Shown here: positions 21,759 through 36,900 of the stretch, in pieces
Position numbering within the stretch: the first letter of the stretch is position 1
How the letters are laid out: each line of letters begins with the position of its first letter
Assembly: GCF_003704095.1 (NCBI RefSeq)
Contig: NW_020847149.1
Location: forward strand, 186,001-250,000
Length of the DNA: 64,000 nt
Direction: 5' to 3'
Source of the DNA: Pocillopora damicornis
Lineage: Eukaryota
The notes under the pieces: generated by a model
Database searches by the model: none
Told to the model about the DNA's origin: nothing
The model's input: the letters and a program-made list of their open reading frames with translations, nothing else
Program-made: the position numbers and the translations under genes

Positions 21759-24353
21759 TATGCTCTCATCCAAGGGAAACTTCTCCTTATACGAGCTCTC
21801 TTTAAGCGTTCATGAAGTTCGTCTTACTCTGCCGTGCAATCAAAGAGAGGGTCATTTTCTCAAAGAAGGCCGCTTCTCAATTCCGGAAGTTACGTAAGCT
21901 GTCGCAGAGTTTGTTACAACCAAAAATAACACTTCTCTGACATCACCGAGAGAAATTTCTCGGGCATGATTCAAAATATTTTGAAGCAAAAAGAGATAAA
22001 TTGATTTTAATTTTATGGTAAAGTGGCCAAGACAGAACCAAAGTTTTAGGATGTCTTGTGTGGAAGATTACAACTTGCGTGACAGGCGAATTTGTCACTT
22101 TCGTGACAAAAAATATTCCATAATGTTCTTGATCGTACCTGGCACTAGTGATAGTTGTTCGTTGGGTCCTCTTTCCTGAAGAGTCTACGTTGCAGCTTTG
22201 CTAGAGACGTGTTCTCAACGTTAGCCGTAACAATATTCAAGGTTAGTGAAAATCTTACTTATTTTATTTAAAGAAAAAGCCGATTCATCAGCCCTCATGT
22301 GATATCCACATGACTTCTCAGTATGTTATGCGAGCTATAGTATGTCACTTTTTGAACATAAACAGAATTTATTTGTTACTAAAACGAAAGGGAAAGAACG
22401 ATCATTCAATTTTAACCGATAGATCTCCGCCTATAAAAAACGTTCGTTTCGATCAGTGAGAAGATAATTTGGAGTACTTTGATATTCAGAGACGAGAATC
22501 AAAATCGAGGAGGACAAATTAAAGAAATTTCTTCTGTGCGCATAATGAAAAATAAATAAATAAATAGAAAAAAAAAGAATCGGTTCCTAGGATTTGCCCG
22601 TTACCTAGGCACTACCCTCTTATGACATTGTCGTACCCGAGACCGTTCAAAATTTTACAATTCCTTCTCAAGCTATCGCTCAATCAGGGCTCTTTCTTAT
22701 AACTAGTGCATGTACTTTCCACTTAACTCGAGATAGCCTGCTCCGAGGACACATAGAGGCTACTTAAAGGATGGCTCAATTGGGCATTTATACATAACAT
22801 CTTCCAAAATTGTCGTAAAATTTAACGATGTCTCTCTTAGTTTTCCAGTATCAGGAGTGTTATCTCTTTTTCCCACTTTCGCCAGAAAATTGATAAATAC
22901 TGAATTTTTGAAAAAAAAAAAACCCAGCCATAAGGTCACACAAGGGTTTGACAGAGCGCACTGTCCAATCGATGTTGTAATAGATAAGAACCTCTCTCTG
23001 GCTTCAAACATCTTGATCGAAGGTTTCCTTGAAGATAGCAGAGGGAATATTAAAGATTAAACTGTATCTGATTGTATGTGCTTATTTCCCTCATGGTTTC
23101 ATCACCGATCTGACGTCTCGTGGGGCATATTTTGGTAGAGAAAGACATAAAGAGACTAACTCCGCTCGGGTGTCTTCTATTGCCTGTGTAAGATTTAGAA
23201 ACTTCAAGAGGCTATCAAAGAGCGAACGGTGAGCTGTTTAATTAGCACGTGTCTCTCATTTTTCCCCATGTTTTAATCTTAGCCATGAACATGGAAAACC
23301 CCGGCGTGCAGACAAGCACACAAGTCGCGAAATTAGCATGGTCATACGTGTATCTCGAATTAATTTGTCCTCATCAACAATGTTGTTAGGGATATTGAGA
23401 CTGTGTGACTCGCAAGTTTAACTTTTTACACTGATTCTTGCTTGGAAGACGGATGAAAATCGTGTCATGCATTTAAAAACTGTTTTGTTTTTCATATTTT
23501 TTTTAAACCGAACGAACGAAACGAATGACATTTTTGTAATATAATCTGCAAATGTTAATTTCTTCACATCTCTATTTACACACTTCTCTCCAGAACTTTG
23601 TGATAAGAGAAAGTTTTAAAATATTCTCCTACCCATACAACGCGTGTTGCAATTTCTTGAAACGTATGAGATGCACATTGTCAATAGCTTATGTATAAGG
23701 ATGAACGGGAGCTTTCCTATAGGGTATTTAGAGTTATTTTTGGAAGTGACATCCTTACATATGACTTGGTGTTTGCCCTTATTTACCGAAAACCAAACAA
23801 TGACGTCGTTACTTTTGTTTTCAAGTATGGACAAGTTCCTGTTCAACAACTACAGGAAACACAATCCGCACATATTTTGGTCATTAAAAAAAAACGATAT
23901 TTGGCCGCCTTGATAATTCATGTCCTAAAAGAGAGGAAGTCATCTGGAATGATACGAATGAAAAGTTATCCGACTTTTAACTGATGTGTTGTGACTGAAC
24001 CTGATAAAATCTTGAATATTCTTCAATATGAGTAAAGGCGGTTAGACTTCAGGTTGGTCTTCGACAGTTGTGATTGCTGGGGTTTTACAGTGCAAACGGT
24101 ACGAAGTATTTGTTCACGATAAGGGATGATTCGAGTTCATCGAATATTTTATGAGAACTTAAGACACCTGGGCTAAGCCTTTCCATATCTATTACATTAT
24201 ACGTCATTGGAACACATATAAGATATACATACATTACCGCTTATGTGCTATTCCTAAGACGTTCCTGATAGAAACGAAATGTGATGCGCTTGAGACTACA
24301 TTAGAAATATATGAAAACTGGAATACCCTTTCACTTTTACAGAGCCATTAACA

Positions 24354-27300
24354 ATGGAGATTCACGATGTGATGCTTCTCTTCATAGCTGCTGTCTTGAC
24401 AACAGCCACAGGTATGCACGCATATTTTTTATGTGACTTTATTCTGCGTTATGTAATCAAACGACTACAATATATAATTCACTGCTCGACCACAAAATAC
24501 TCGACGCGAATGTAAGATCCACTATCAAACCGTCTTTCCCAAGGGTTTGACCTTATTTTACGGGTCTTCGCGGGGCTAAGTCGCTGAAGAGGTGATTGCT
24601 ACCTTCAGTCTTCGAAGAGGGGTCGATCTTTCTAATATGTGCTCAGTCAACGGACCGAATGTGTTTTTAGCTTCCAATAAAATATTTATGCGAGCCGTCT
24701 AACCTGGCAAGAATATCGAATGACTTAAAATCATGTGCTTATTTGGAAATTTTTGGAATTAATTGTAACACAAATGTTGTTGCTGGATTGGCGATCAAAC
24801 ACAAACAAAATAAAAAATGTTTAGGCCATGTTATGGTTGAGTAGGCTGCTGATTATATGATGTTGGCATGAATGAAAGCTGATATTTAGTCTAATTGCAG
24901 TTGTACTAAAAATAACTGTTTAAGCTGAAGCTTCCTTTGTACTAAACACAAGTGACACTGTTGTATGCTTTCTTCACATTTTCAGTCGTGAAAGATAATT
25001 AGGCAAGCTTTTAAACAAGCGCCGCCAAAGGTGGCATTTTGCTTTCATTTTTTTGACTTTTGACCCAGTAAATAGAAAATGGATGAACACTCATGTAATC
25101 TACTGACAACCTTCAGAGCTGTAAGTTTTACCAGACTTATCTGCGCGAAGGGAGAAAATTTTGCCTCCGATTTCTCGCTTCTTTTCGGGATTTTTAACGT
25201 TTGAACTAAGCCTTTGCAGCTCTGTTTGCGACGGAAGAAACTGTTAAACATTTTTTGAGCTGGGACGAATTTCTCGCCATAAATAGAAGACAGTAAAGGG
25301 ACACCTTATTGCTGCCTTGCCTATCGTAACCGCTTTTCCAAGAATTTTACTTTGAATCAGTAGTACGTCGGCTTTACTTCGGTGGAGCAAATACCTTAGC
25401 CGCGTTATTTCGCTAACGAAAAAAATTTTAATGCTGGAGTAACGAATCTTAAAATGTTTTTTCAGGTTTCAAATTCGTCCAGCTCTCAACTCTCAGCGGG
25501 CAGGAGTAAAAATAAATTTAAAAATTTTAAATTTTTTCTAGCCATAATTTTAGGGCTTCGTTTTCCGGTTGTAAACTGAGCTGACCTGTACAAAGAATGC
25601 TATGTTTTTTCTATCACTCTCTTTTTTTCAAAAAGTTACATTTATTGTCTCACGATAAAACGTCAGATGACTTTTTCAAATTTAAGCACGAGCAATTAAC
25701 ACCCTATATCTCAGTCAGCATGCATACATCTTTACATCTTTAAGGTGAAGAGAAGGAGAGAATCGTCGAATAGGGCTAGGAGTAAGGGGTCACGTGAAGA
25801 TGTAACAAAAAATTCTCATAACAGACCTTCAAGAAATGTGCATAGAATAAGGCTGTACATATTGGGACCCGGCGAAGGTTGAAGGGAGGATATACTGGAA
25901 GGAATATCTTTCATTTGCTATTTAACTCGTCAACAATAAATATATCATCAAGTTGTAAATAAGTTTAAACTTGATCATTATTACTGTTTCTTTGTCACTC
26001 ATGTACAAAACTGTTTGATTGCAGCCAGCACAATGCCATTTAGAGATCAGTGTTTGTATTGGCACAACTACTTCCGCACACTTCATCAGGTAAATGCACT
26101 TAATTCCCTGCGCATGTTCAACATACTCGCCTCAAAGATGCGTTTGTCGTTCCTTTTTTAAGCCCCAAAAGTATAAACGAAAATTTCCCGAACCATTATG
26201 TACCATCATTCTCATAGTCCCTCACTGCCTGTGACTTAAGCGGACCAGTTACGAGACATCTCTCGACCTCTCCATAGACTTCATTTTCATCTCAAAGGCG
26301 CATTCAAGGAGGTTTGTAAGGGGGGAGGGGGGTTGTGGGGGGAAGCGCGGAGGAGTTTTAAGCTCCAGGTCCTTGATCGAAAATTTCTACAAAAGTGACA
26401 ACCTACAATGATAAAAATATAACTTTTCAACGCCCATTACCAGTCAGGGCCACTCTTCTGGACAGTCTCAGGGCCCTCTAGTTCATTTTCAGAGATAAAA
26501 TAATTGGCAAAATTCCCCAGTCTGAAATATATTTTGTGTCAGCCATATCCATAAAACAGTCTCATTAATTTGAGGCTCATGCACCACGCATTTTTTTCAA
26601 GTGGCCTATGCTTGTTTCTACAGGCTCCTCCTGTCACGTGGTCAATGGAACTTCAAAAGGAGGCGGAAGATTGGGTAAAGTATCTGGCAGAAAACGACAA
26701 ATTTCAACACAGTACCAAGAATCCTGGGAATTTGTACTTGGCAGATTACAGACCCAAGGAGTATTGCACTGATGCTGTTCAGTGGTTCCACTCGGAGGAG
26801 AAAGATTATAACTATAGCAATCCTAAATACTACAAGGCAGCCGGACATTTTACACAGGTAGGCTCTGGGGCAGAGATATACAAGTGGAAATACAGATGTA
26901 TCGGTTGCTTCATATTTGGGGTGGTACAGTTAAGTGAAAGTAAAGATGTATACGATATGGAAGTTGTAAAGTGCGTTAAAAGAATTGTGCACAAGCCTTC
27001 TTTGGAAAATAGGTATTTATTTGAGTCATAGCTTAGAAACTTTCTTATGTTGAATCAGGTTTGCTTTCCTTTCAACAGTTTCATTTCAGTGATCTGTGGT
27101 TCTAATTTAACAAGCTTTTATCCAAGGAAAAGGGGTTTTGTGCAATGGAAATCATAACCTTAACAGAATCACCTCAGGGAACGGGGAGGGGGAATAATCA
27201 TATGTACTATTCAAATCAACAACATTCGCCCATGAACAGGTGTTTAAACGGGATCTTTGTTCCAAGATAAAACTATGTATAGCCGCTGCCCGCATCAGTT

Positions 27301-27731
27301 TCCCGCTAAAAACGATTGTTACTTAACAGCAATATCCATTTATGAGTACACTTCTTTTTTTGTCTTTGTTTGCGATTTCTCAGGTGATATGGAAAAACTC
27401 AAGACAAATTGGGGCTGCTTGGGCAATTCGTAAGGACAAAAGGCTTGTTATATCGATCAAGTACAAACCTGGCGGTAATGTCGTTAACTATTTTCGTAAA
27501 AATGTTCTTCCACCAACCGCTGCTCTCTTGGGACCAGAATGGACGCGAGTTCCACCGAAGTTTACCAGGTGTCCAAGTTTGATTTCTACAACTTCTAAGG
27601 AAGTGGGCACTGAGGAAGTGGGCACTACGGAAGTGGGCACTATGTCGGACATATTTGCCGCATCAGAGAGGACTGTGTCAAATATTGTGAACTTTACCGG
27701 TTCTCTTGTTCTTGCAATGTTAATTTCTTAA
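24354..27731 (+). CDS. CAP/SCP (GAPR-1/PR-1-like) secreted protein 1, ~234 aa, probable GPI anchor
   Basis: Exons 24354-24411 (signal peptide MEIHDVMLLFIAAVLTTAT), 26025-26089 (CLYWHNYFRTLHQ), 26624-26857 (...AGHFTQ) and 27384-27731 (VIWKNS...YKPGGN, Thr-rich stalk, hydrophobic tail); phases consistent. Confidence 0.9.
27600..27644 (+). repeat. Coding 15-bp tandem repeat x3 (EVGTE-EVGTT-EVGTM)
   Basis: gaagtgggcactgag gaagtgggcactacg gaagtgggcactatg. Confidence 0.9.
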
Positions 27732-28038
27732 TATTCTTTATACTTGTAAGCCCCCGTACGGATGGATAGGTTCCCTGGTTTCAAGTAATTTTAGTTGCTA
27801 ACCCTGTGTTTTTGGGTAGATGGTTTCCGAGCGACACATCTCTGAGTTTCATGGTTATTTATTTAATTCAAATATAGATATATGAAAACTTTTACAATGC
27901 CAGGTTGCCACCTTAAACGGAGGGTTTTTAGTTCCAGGTTTCTAATCGGAAATATTGCAAAAATGCTGAAATTGTTTACAAGGCGGAACAAGATTCAATA
28001 GTACAAATATTGTTCATACCTAAGCAAGTTAAGTTAAG

Positions 28039-28039
28039 T

Positions 28040-28072
<33 letters not shown>

Positions 28073-28211
28073 ACGTCGGTGGGAGAGTGTAACAGGGTTA
28101 TTTAGTATTATCAACTGAGTTGATAACGTAAATTGGCCACCGTAAAGAACTTAAAATCTTTACGGTGGCCAAGTTACGTTATCAACTCAGTTGATGATAC
28201 TAAACTACCCT
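28039..28211. mobile_element. Palindromic Penelope-like 3' fragment lacking the ribozyme core
   Basis: Inverted arms tcaactgagttgataacgtaaattggccaccgtaaaga / tctttacggtggccaagttacgttatcaactcagttga; homologous to 17102-17349. Confidence 0.7.
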
Positions 28212-31200
28212 ATAACTTGTAAAAAGGTCCTGACACAAGATTTATTGTCTTATACTGAGGTGAATAATAGTGATATATTGTGGATAAACAGGAGTTGAAC
28301 ACTATTCAATAGAACCACTTAGAAAGGAGATAAACGATTACAATTGTTTCATACGACAATCACGGCGCGCGCTGGCAAGGCAATATTTAAGGTGCTGTGC
28401 TTGCAATCACTGCGTCGGAATATTATCAGCCGTCTGTTCCTATGTAGAATATGAGGGGAATCTTAAAAAGTTAGTGAGTCTCACAAAATGAGAATAATAA
28501 GTAAAAACGAAATGAGGAGGGTTAAGAATGTTAAGAATAAAGAGAAATTAGCACGGATTGAAAATGAAAAACTTGAGAACTTTGGGCATAGCTTCATACA
28601 TTCACAAACAGCGAGGCAGCGTCTATAAAAGAATGTTCATGTTGTCTAATTTCCTGTCATGCATGGTAATGTAGAAATCAAACACGACATAAAAAGATGC
28701 TCTGTTCCAATGTAAGGAACGCTAATAATGTTTTCAAAGCTCCATTACATGTAAGTATTTAAAAAATATTTTAAATGGATCAATAAATTTTCATTGATGA
28801 ATATAATTTATGTGATTGATGAGAGAAACTTAAATTAAGTGTTCGATGTGACCAGCTCTTCCACTTCCGGGGTGTCGATTTCCCTTTCCCAAAATTTCAA
28901 GGCTTTCGTACATCCCACGCACTCATTCTCCTACGCTTTCCTCTCCATTCTTCAAAGTATTACGTTACCAATGTAATATGTATGGTTCTAAAAATTAATA
29001 GGGTTACTTATTTCGCTTGTAACTGAATACATGTTAGTCTGATTTTCTGCTTAGTACCGGCAGCTTATCACATCCATTTGAATATATTCCGCTTTAACAA
29101 TAAGCCAGCAGTCATAGTAATGTTCTAGCGAAGTCATCGTAAAGTTGTTTGACTTTGTGTAAATAACAGCAAGCTACACCATACACATCAGGTTTAAAAA
29201 AAAGCACACTGGACTAGTTAACACCCACTAACTGTCTTTGTCATTTGGAGAGGGCGCGGTGAGTGTAGTAAATTTGAGAGTTTCAATGTGGTTTAACCGT
29301 CAGTAGTTCACTGAAAAAGGATCTTTGCGATCTATTATCGTCCATACGAGTGCTAAGCTCGACTTAAGGTGTTTTGGTAATTAGGGAGGAGTTGGACTGA
29401 CTCAGCCGGATATTTAGGACGTGAATAGTGGTAAGAGGTCGAGGGTTTTTTTTTTTCATGACGCGTGCTGAAAATGTTTTTTTCTTACGCTAACCAAGAT
29501 CTTCCTCATTGATTGACTGAGTAACGTCAACGATCGCTACAAGCTATTGTATTCGCTCTTTGATTCCTGTTAGCGTCTTGAGTAGGCCTGCCCTATCGCG
29601 TCTATGATATAAAATTATTTTAAAAAACATCTGAATTGAATCCTTTATTTGCCGGCTATATCTCTTTAATATGCCAGGTATCATTAGACCGCAATAAGTC
29701 TTCGGCTTCTTTTTCTTTTTTCAGAACTTCCTATGGCAGGTAAGATCTATCAGTGACAATGTTCTTCGTAGTCAAGAGTTATGAGCGAATCTGGGTCCAA
29801 ATTGTTGGAAAGTCTTTGAAAACAATTCCGCAACATGGAATGTTTTATGTTTCGAATACTTTTCGCGGATTTATAATATAATTACTGCTGCATCGTTCGG
29901 ACTGATAAAACTTTACTAACAGTTTCGATCCTATTAGAGCTTTATAAGTCTCCTGGCTGAACAGATCAATATCTACACTGAAAACAATGTCAGGTACATC
30001 TTACGATTTGCGCTTTCCCCAAATAGTTTGACAACGACTAGGTGACGGAAACGTGGAAAAATGAGCTTCTTGTGTTTCTTCTTCGTATGGGATAGCTTGA
30101 CTTCTCTCTCTCGCTCTGTTTTAGAGTTCTTGTATTTGGTGCTATGTACAGATTTTTCTTGTGGCTCGACTCATTGTCAGTTCGAGATTTATTCCTGTTT
30201 TCCTTTTATTCTACGACGATCCAATTCCCCCAATAATGTTAAGAATGTTAGGCTTTTTGTTCATTGACACACTTCATAACTAAGATAAGGGGGGCATGGC
30301 TTCCTTTATTGTTTTTTAGGAGTATTAATTTTGTTGTTTATGAGATTTCTGACTCAAGAGATAAAATCTTTGCATGAAATGTTGAGACATCTGCGCTAGT
30401 CATACATGGTTTAAGGTGTCCGGCAGTGACATTGAGTTATTTTAGAAGTCTTCCCCCAAAAGTTATCTCCCTGTTCTGTCAAAACGCTTAACCTTTAAGG
30501 CCACACGCATATATCAGACTGAGATAATAAACCATTCCCGGCTTTTCTTTAGCGAAGTCTAGTGTGTGAAGTGCTAACAAGGGCTATCAGTCTGCTGATA
30601 TGATAGAATCTAATTGCCCTTTCCAAACCTTCGTTCATTTTTCTAGGACGGTTTCACAGATTAGTTTCTAAGAATATCTAAGCTGCAGCTTTAATTTCTA
30701 GGGGAGAACTTGCAAAGGCAAGTTCATATACTTTTTACAACAGGAACAGAGTACAATGTTGATACAGTCAACAAAGTCTCGCCAGTACATTTCAACGTTC
30801 AATTACTGTAATCTGAATGTAGTATTTCCCATGGGGTTGGACGCGGTTCTTAAGAGTATAGTAGATGGAGGGGGGTAACCAGATGCCATTTGGTATTATA
30901 CGGTATATGCATGCTTAACTCAGTGGTAAGGACAAGTTTCAATTCTATATATTCTACGCTAAGACTGGATTGTCGTGCCCGAGCTTCACCCTTTGTTTAA
31001 ACGCAAGGAGGCATGGTCAAGTTATTATTTGTAGCGTTATTTGTGATTCAACTTAGAAAAAGTCGGGATTGTTAGTATCTTTTTTGAGGAGCACTTTCTA
31101 CTTTCGAGCATTTTAGGACTTAAAAAAACTCAAGCAAAGACCCATAAAGCCAGAGGGGTGTTAGGTGTTTTCGTCTTATTGTAGTGTCCAACAAAATACC

Positions 31201-31392
31201 CCCAGGCGGCATATTTCGGTCACATGTTACTGTTAATATATAACCATTTCAACAAATCTGTTTGAAACGTAATGAGATGTGCATACAAAATCGAACCTGT
31301 GGTGACATCTCGTTCGGTATTGTTTCTGTTGTAGCTGCTGCCATTTCACTCGGACGTTTCAGTCGTCGTTCAGTCGTACAACTAAGAAACCA

Positions 31393-31456
31393 ATGAAGAC
31401 ATCACAGCTTATAGTTGTGGTGATTCTGTTTACAGGCTTCTTGAATTTGTGCTCAG
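31393..31456 (+). CDS. Isolated signal-peptide exon (alternative first exon of CAP gene 2, or relic of a lost paralogue)
   Basis: MKTSQLIVVVILFTGFLNLCS-G|gtattt; phase-1 donor, as in every CAP first exon here. Confidence 0.5.
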
Positions 31457-33976
31457 GTATTTATTTTTCCTTTACGTTCCTTGTGTATGTGTGTACTTTG
31501 TGTTTGCTTAAAATATATGATATGAGTGCATGTACAATACTATTTGAAGAGGGACAAAAAATACATTCAGAAAGCGGTAAGGAAGAAGTTAATCTTGGCA
31601 ACTGGATATCTGTAAGCATAAAAATAATCAATCGTGACAGAATATTCAGTTCAAACTAAATGGAATCATGCCGACGATATAGAGTTATTTGCATAAGTAG
31701 AAAAACAGAGATCTTGCATAATTGGAGTAATCTAATTGCTCCAGCTGCGTTGGATGTCTCTAAAATTTGCCGCGATAAAAACCGCGATACTTCAATGAAG
31801 ATTTATTTAAAAAAAAAACGGTCAGGTCTTCGGTCTCGTAATCCGAAGAGCGAAACTATAGCTGAGAAATAATTTGTTAAATTGGCTTTTCCCATATGTA
31901 TGTTTTTCTCTTATGCATATTATATTGATCACTCTTAATCGCTGGTCATCGATTGCATTGATAAACACACAAGGAGAGATGAGGCAGATGAAGGAGCAAA
32001 TTACTGTGGGTGAATAACTTAGCGCAATCACACGCGCGCATCAGGAAAAGAATACAACGAAATTAAACGGTCTTTCTATTTTCTATAGAGGTTCGCTTTA
32101 TTGATTTTCATTGTGTTGCCAACACTCAGGAGAGTTCAATATATAGAGACCGCTAGTTCCGGTATTTTTTAAGTCGGTTTTATGTCTGCAAAGCATCGTG
32201 GGTATTCACATCTATTTCTCTAAACCTGACTGCCCTGTCGCTTATGAAAGAACTTTATAAGCTACGCTTGATATAAATTGTCTCGAGGGTGCTCTCCATT
32301 TTAAAGGGCTTGTCTTTAAACGTTATGCTTTGTCTTTGAGTCTTGTGTGCTTTCTTTCTTCGATGAGATACAAATGATCGATATTATGCTAGTTTTAAGG
32401 CAATTTGTGTAGACAGTGGTGCCCTCAAAGTCATCAATTTTTCATAAAAAGTTCATTTTACTTGCTAATGATATCTCTTTGCTCATTTCGTAAATCTAAA
32501 TTAAGAAATAAACCCCATCGAAGATTTTTCCCTTAGGCATGTTTGACCTCCGGAAAGTGAATAAGACTCGTATGACACCTAGACTAAACTTGAGGACACT
32601 TTAAGTAGATAAGTGTGGCTAGGTGACATATTTCGGCATTAACATTGCTTTAAGACTAAGCGGGAGAAGTTTGATATAGAAATATGAATGCATTTTTTGT
32701 GCTAGTCTGTCAAAAATGCATTAGAAAAAGTTGCTTTTGGCAAGCAAGTAAGTAGACTTAACACTTTTTTTTAACTTTTCATGAATGTTACTCGCTGAAA
32801 ATTAATGAAAAGCCTAATTGGCTCAGACCTATTTAGGAGGATTTACTCCATGTGCGGGTATATGCTTACTAAGACTTAAAAGTGATCCTGATAAGCCTAT
32901 GTGAAACAATTTGCGTAAAGATGAAATTCTGAATGACGAGGAAGGGGACCCCTTTCTAATAAACTTCCCAAGATCAGACCGGTCTGACTGATTTGTTGAG
33001 CTACTAGCTGTAGACAGATCTTAAAGTTGAGCTCAATGCTCAGTGGAGTCCTGCGGATTCATGTTATAACTTAATGGTGTCCTTGGTAACAGTTGTTGTG
33101 ATAATTACTGTCAATAACGTTAAAGCATTAGATCAACGAATCAAAACGAGGAGAAAAATATTAAGTTGCAGGTCTCATCCTGTACCATTCAACCCAACGA
33201 GACGAACATGACGCAGAGCAGGCAAATATATTCGTCTTAGTACATGTGTCATGCATTTTGTGGAAGGAGTTTGCGAAATTGTCTTCGAATTCTGTTGTGA
33301 CCCTAGCGATGCTCTCTTAGAACAAGCTACTTGTTAAAGGAACGAAATTTCACTGAGTTTCCGGTCCTCAAGTTCGAGGTAAAATCTGTTTTCATATACG
33401 CAGTTGATTTCTATTCTCAGATAATTTTTTTCCTACTCGGTGTTCTTACAAGTAAATTAACTCATGAAAACAATTTTGGGATTTTTCCTTGATTAGACGT
33501 GATAAAAGTGGGTTATAACAGAATTATAGTAAACATATTCCTTTCAACCAAGTACTTGACCTCTCGCTGACTGAACTTATAGTGAAACAAAAAAATCAAG
33601 ACTGTGAATAAATTCATCAAAAAAAAAAGCAAGGTTTCGTAATGAAAGATCACAAAACTTAATGCATCAGAAATCGGTAAAGAAAACTGAAATGGAAAGT
33701 GTGATGATTCGGTTTCCTACATTCCAGTACCTCAGGAATCGACAAGTGGTATAATCCAGTACAGACCACAAGATCGGTTTGAGCCAATTTTCTGTCAAAG
33801 TATGTCATCATTTACCGATGGACGTACGTCACTGAGACCTGAATCAAATTTGGATAAAAGCTACAACAATTAGAACTTGATACGTTCAAACTTGAATCGA
33901 GAGCGCGAGGGAAAGAGCTGTTAGATTTATTGCATATATATATACTGACCCAAAGGAGTGGTCTGTGCGACTCAAT

Positions 33977-36900
33977 ATGCTGAGTGAAGCCATGCAAATT
34001 ATTTTCTTGGTGACCTCCTTGGCTGCCATTCTGCCAATAGCAACAGGTATGTGTGTGTTAAATCTTGTGTATTTTCGTTATTTTTTACGCAATCTAACAG
34101 TTGATGAAAAAATCTTTTTGGAGTCCATTATTCCGAGTTACAGTTTTGTTTTATTGGTCAGTCAAGTTTATCCAAACTGACCAAATAATCCAAGATTGGA
34201 AAAGAAATATAGCGGAAGTGTAATCATGAATTTCCTGCATCAAATGAAGCATCGCTTGCGATGTGTAACTGCTCATGCAACTTCGTGAAATCCTTAAATA
34301 TGCAACGAAGGAAGCTCGAAAGCAATGCTGCTTGACAATCGCTTTTTCAATCTTTTCTACGGATATATTATTTCTAGACCTCAAACCTTTCATGACAAGT
34401 TATAAATAAGCTTTGAAGGCGGTAGACTTCTGATTGTGCAATATTACACGAGCATTGTATTTTCCTTCTTCGCCTCGCCCAGTTGAAAGAGTGACGCACA
34501 ACTTACCTCTGTGTATATGATTTCCACACTTTAAATACCGTGACTTATCTCGTGGATAATAAAAGAAAGGGCCGGATGATTCCTTTGGAAAGAGTTTGCG
34601 ATTGTGTTTATACTTTGCACCGTTTCCTTAATGAATGGAATCGGAAACCAAACAAATACTGAGCTGATTTGAAACTGACTTTTCCTTCAAAATACGCTGA
34701 GATGATTCTTGACAGTCAACTTTATTGAGACAAGAAGTTCAGTTCTTCAACGCGCGTAAGACTAAGCGTACACACAGACTCACAAACGATAGGCAAATAA
34801 TGTGCTTTTACTTAACCTGGTTGACTGTGTCTGTTGATTTTATTGTTATGTTTACTTCTTATTGCCGAGGAACGTTTTTTTGTCACACTTTCACCTTAAT
34901 TTGAAAGATCTTATTCGCAGACCAAATCAGTTCCAGCAGTAGGGGCAAATTGAAAGTTATGACTTGGACCGCTATCGGTTCTCTAATTTCGTGAGGTGGT
35001 GTTTTTTTTGTTCATTTTAAATAACTTAAGTCTTCGTGTACTTTAGTTCGAAGAGGTTAAAAAAATAGAAATAAGGATATTGACCGAGAGTGACACACTT
35101 CGTTGTTTGAATTCTTCTTTCTGTAAATCAATAAAATTATTTTATCTTATGAACCTTACAGTGGCTACTATGTAAAATAATGGGGTTAAAACGTATCTTA
35201 CCAAGAAAGTGAATCAATTAGAAACAAAGCTTATCGTAACTTTTCAACACTCAGGCGTTCTTCGCCCTTTTTATGGTTAACTCTTTCAAGTTTTGTTTTC
35301 CAACTCGTTTTCACCATTGTCTTCTATGTTTTGACTAGCGGGTGAGGGAATTTCTTAGTTATCAAGTTGGTTTTCTCTGAGATTAAAAGACTTAAGCAAA
35401 CTTAAGTTATCACGTGAAGATTAAGAACAATAGTCCAGATTTTTGAGACAAGTGATTTCATTAAATTTCAATAAGGACGCTTCCGCTCTGTGTTTTTTTT
35501 TTCACTAATTTTTATCAATTCATAACAATTATGATTGCAGAAGCAATGACGTTTAAAGAGCAGTGTATTTATTGGCACAACTATTTTCGGACACTTCATC
35601 AGGTAAGAAAAGAAACAGAGGCAACTAGATTGACATGTATGACATTTAGTATAATTATTACTGATTGCAGAGTCAATTAATATGCAATCAGACATTGGAC
35701 CCTCGTAATCACTGCTTCAAAATTTGATCATGCAGGTGTTCATAGCAGTTTTCGAATGGCAGCTTCATCGCTGCTTACAAAACGATAGAACTCGAATATA
35801 TGGTGCGTCGAACAGTTCGGCTAAGTCACCAAAGTAGATGACGTGAAACAAAAGATTCGAGGGTGAATGATCATTGCACACAGCATAACTCAAAAGCTAC
35901 TCCCTCAAGTTTTATCACACTGAGAAATGCTCATTTAAGTGTAACGTTTGGACTCTGTTTTTAAGGTTCCAAATGTCACGTGGTCGATGAGTCTACAAAA
36001 AGAAGCGGAAGACTGGGTAAAGTATCTGGCAAAAAACAACAAATTTCACCACAGTACCAATAATCCTGGGAATTTGTACTTGTCGGTTTACAGACCCAAG
36101 GAGTATTGCAGTGACGCTGTTCAGTGGTTCCACTGGGAGGAGAAGTTTTATAATTATAGCAATCCTAAATACTACAAGGCAGCTGGACATTTCACACAGG
36201 TGATTCAAGAGTTGGGGACAAATTGAATCAAAAAAGCCGTAATGTTGCCAGTTCTTAATCCCTTAGTGACCCAGTTCGCTCGGTAGTTCACTTAGATATT
36301 TGTTTTCTGACGATAAAAGCTTCATAAACGTCGTACCCTGAAGACTTTGAGTGGTCGAGGAAAACTTTTTGAATAACTTAAATTACATTTTTTTTTTCTG
36401 TGCAATCCTTCTTTAGAACCTCTTGTTTTATCCAATAGAAAACTAGCTCCATATAATTTGTAGTGGTGGCACGAGTGTCTAGGCTGAAAAGTAAGAAAAA
36501 AAGTCAGTTTTTTTTTTGTAAGACAGCCGGCGGATTGACAGAAAGCTCCCTTCTGCTCGTTTTACAAAAAAATTGTTAAATTCAGATGAAATTATGATAA
36601 TAGCAAAAAGGAATTTGCACTATTCGGTTTACTCTTTGTCTGTATAGGGATACAACAGTATTGTTGACAGCACACCTGAGAACTGTTGTTTGGTTATCAT
36701 AGTCAATAAGTGTGGCCAGGAGTCCATAATTACGGGCTCCTGGTATGGCACATTATTTATGCTTTATATCATGTTCGTCACATCTCAGGTAATTTGGATG
36801 AACTCGAAAGAAATCGGTGCTGCTTGGGCCATTCGAAATGACAGTAGACTTGTTATATCGATCAAGTATAGAACAGGTGGTAATGTCGTTGGCTACTTTC

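Noticed and set aside
29740-30270. Semi-open minus-strand frame that could be a decayed gene (similar stretch near 40.0-40.5 kb)
   Set aside because: Multiple stops and no recognisable motif; a translated database search would be needed.
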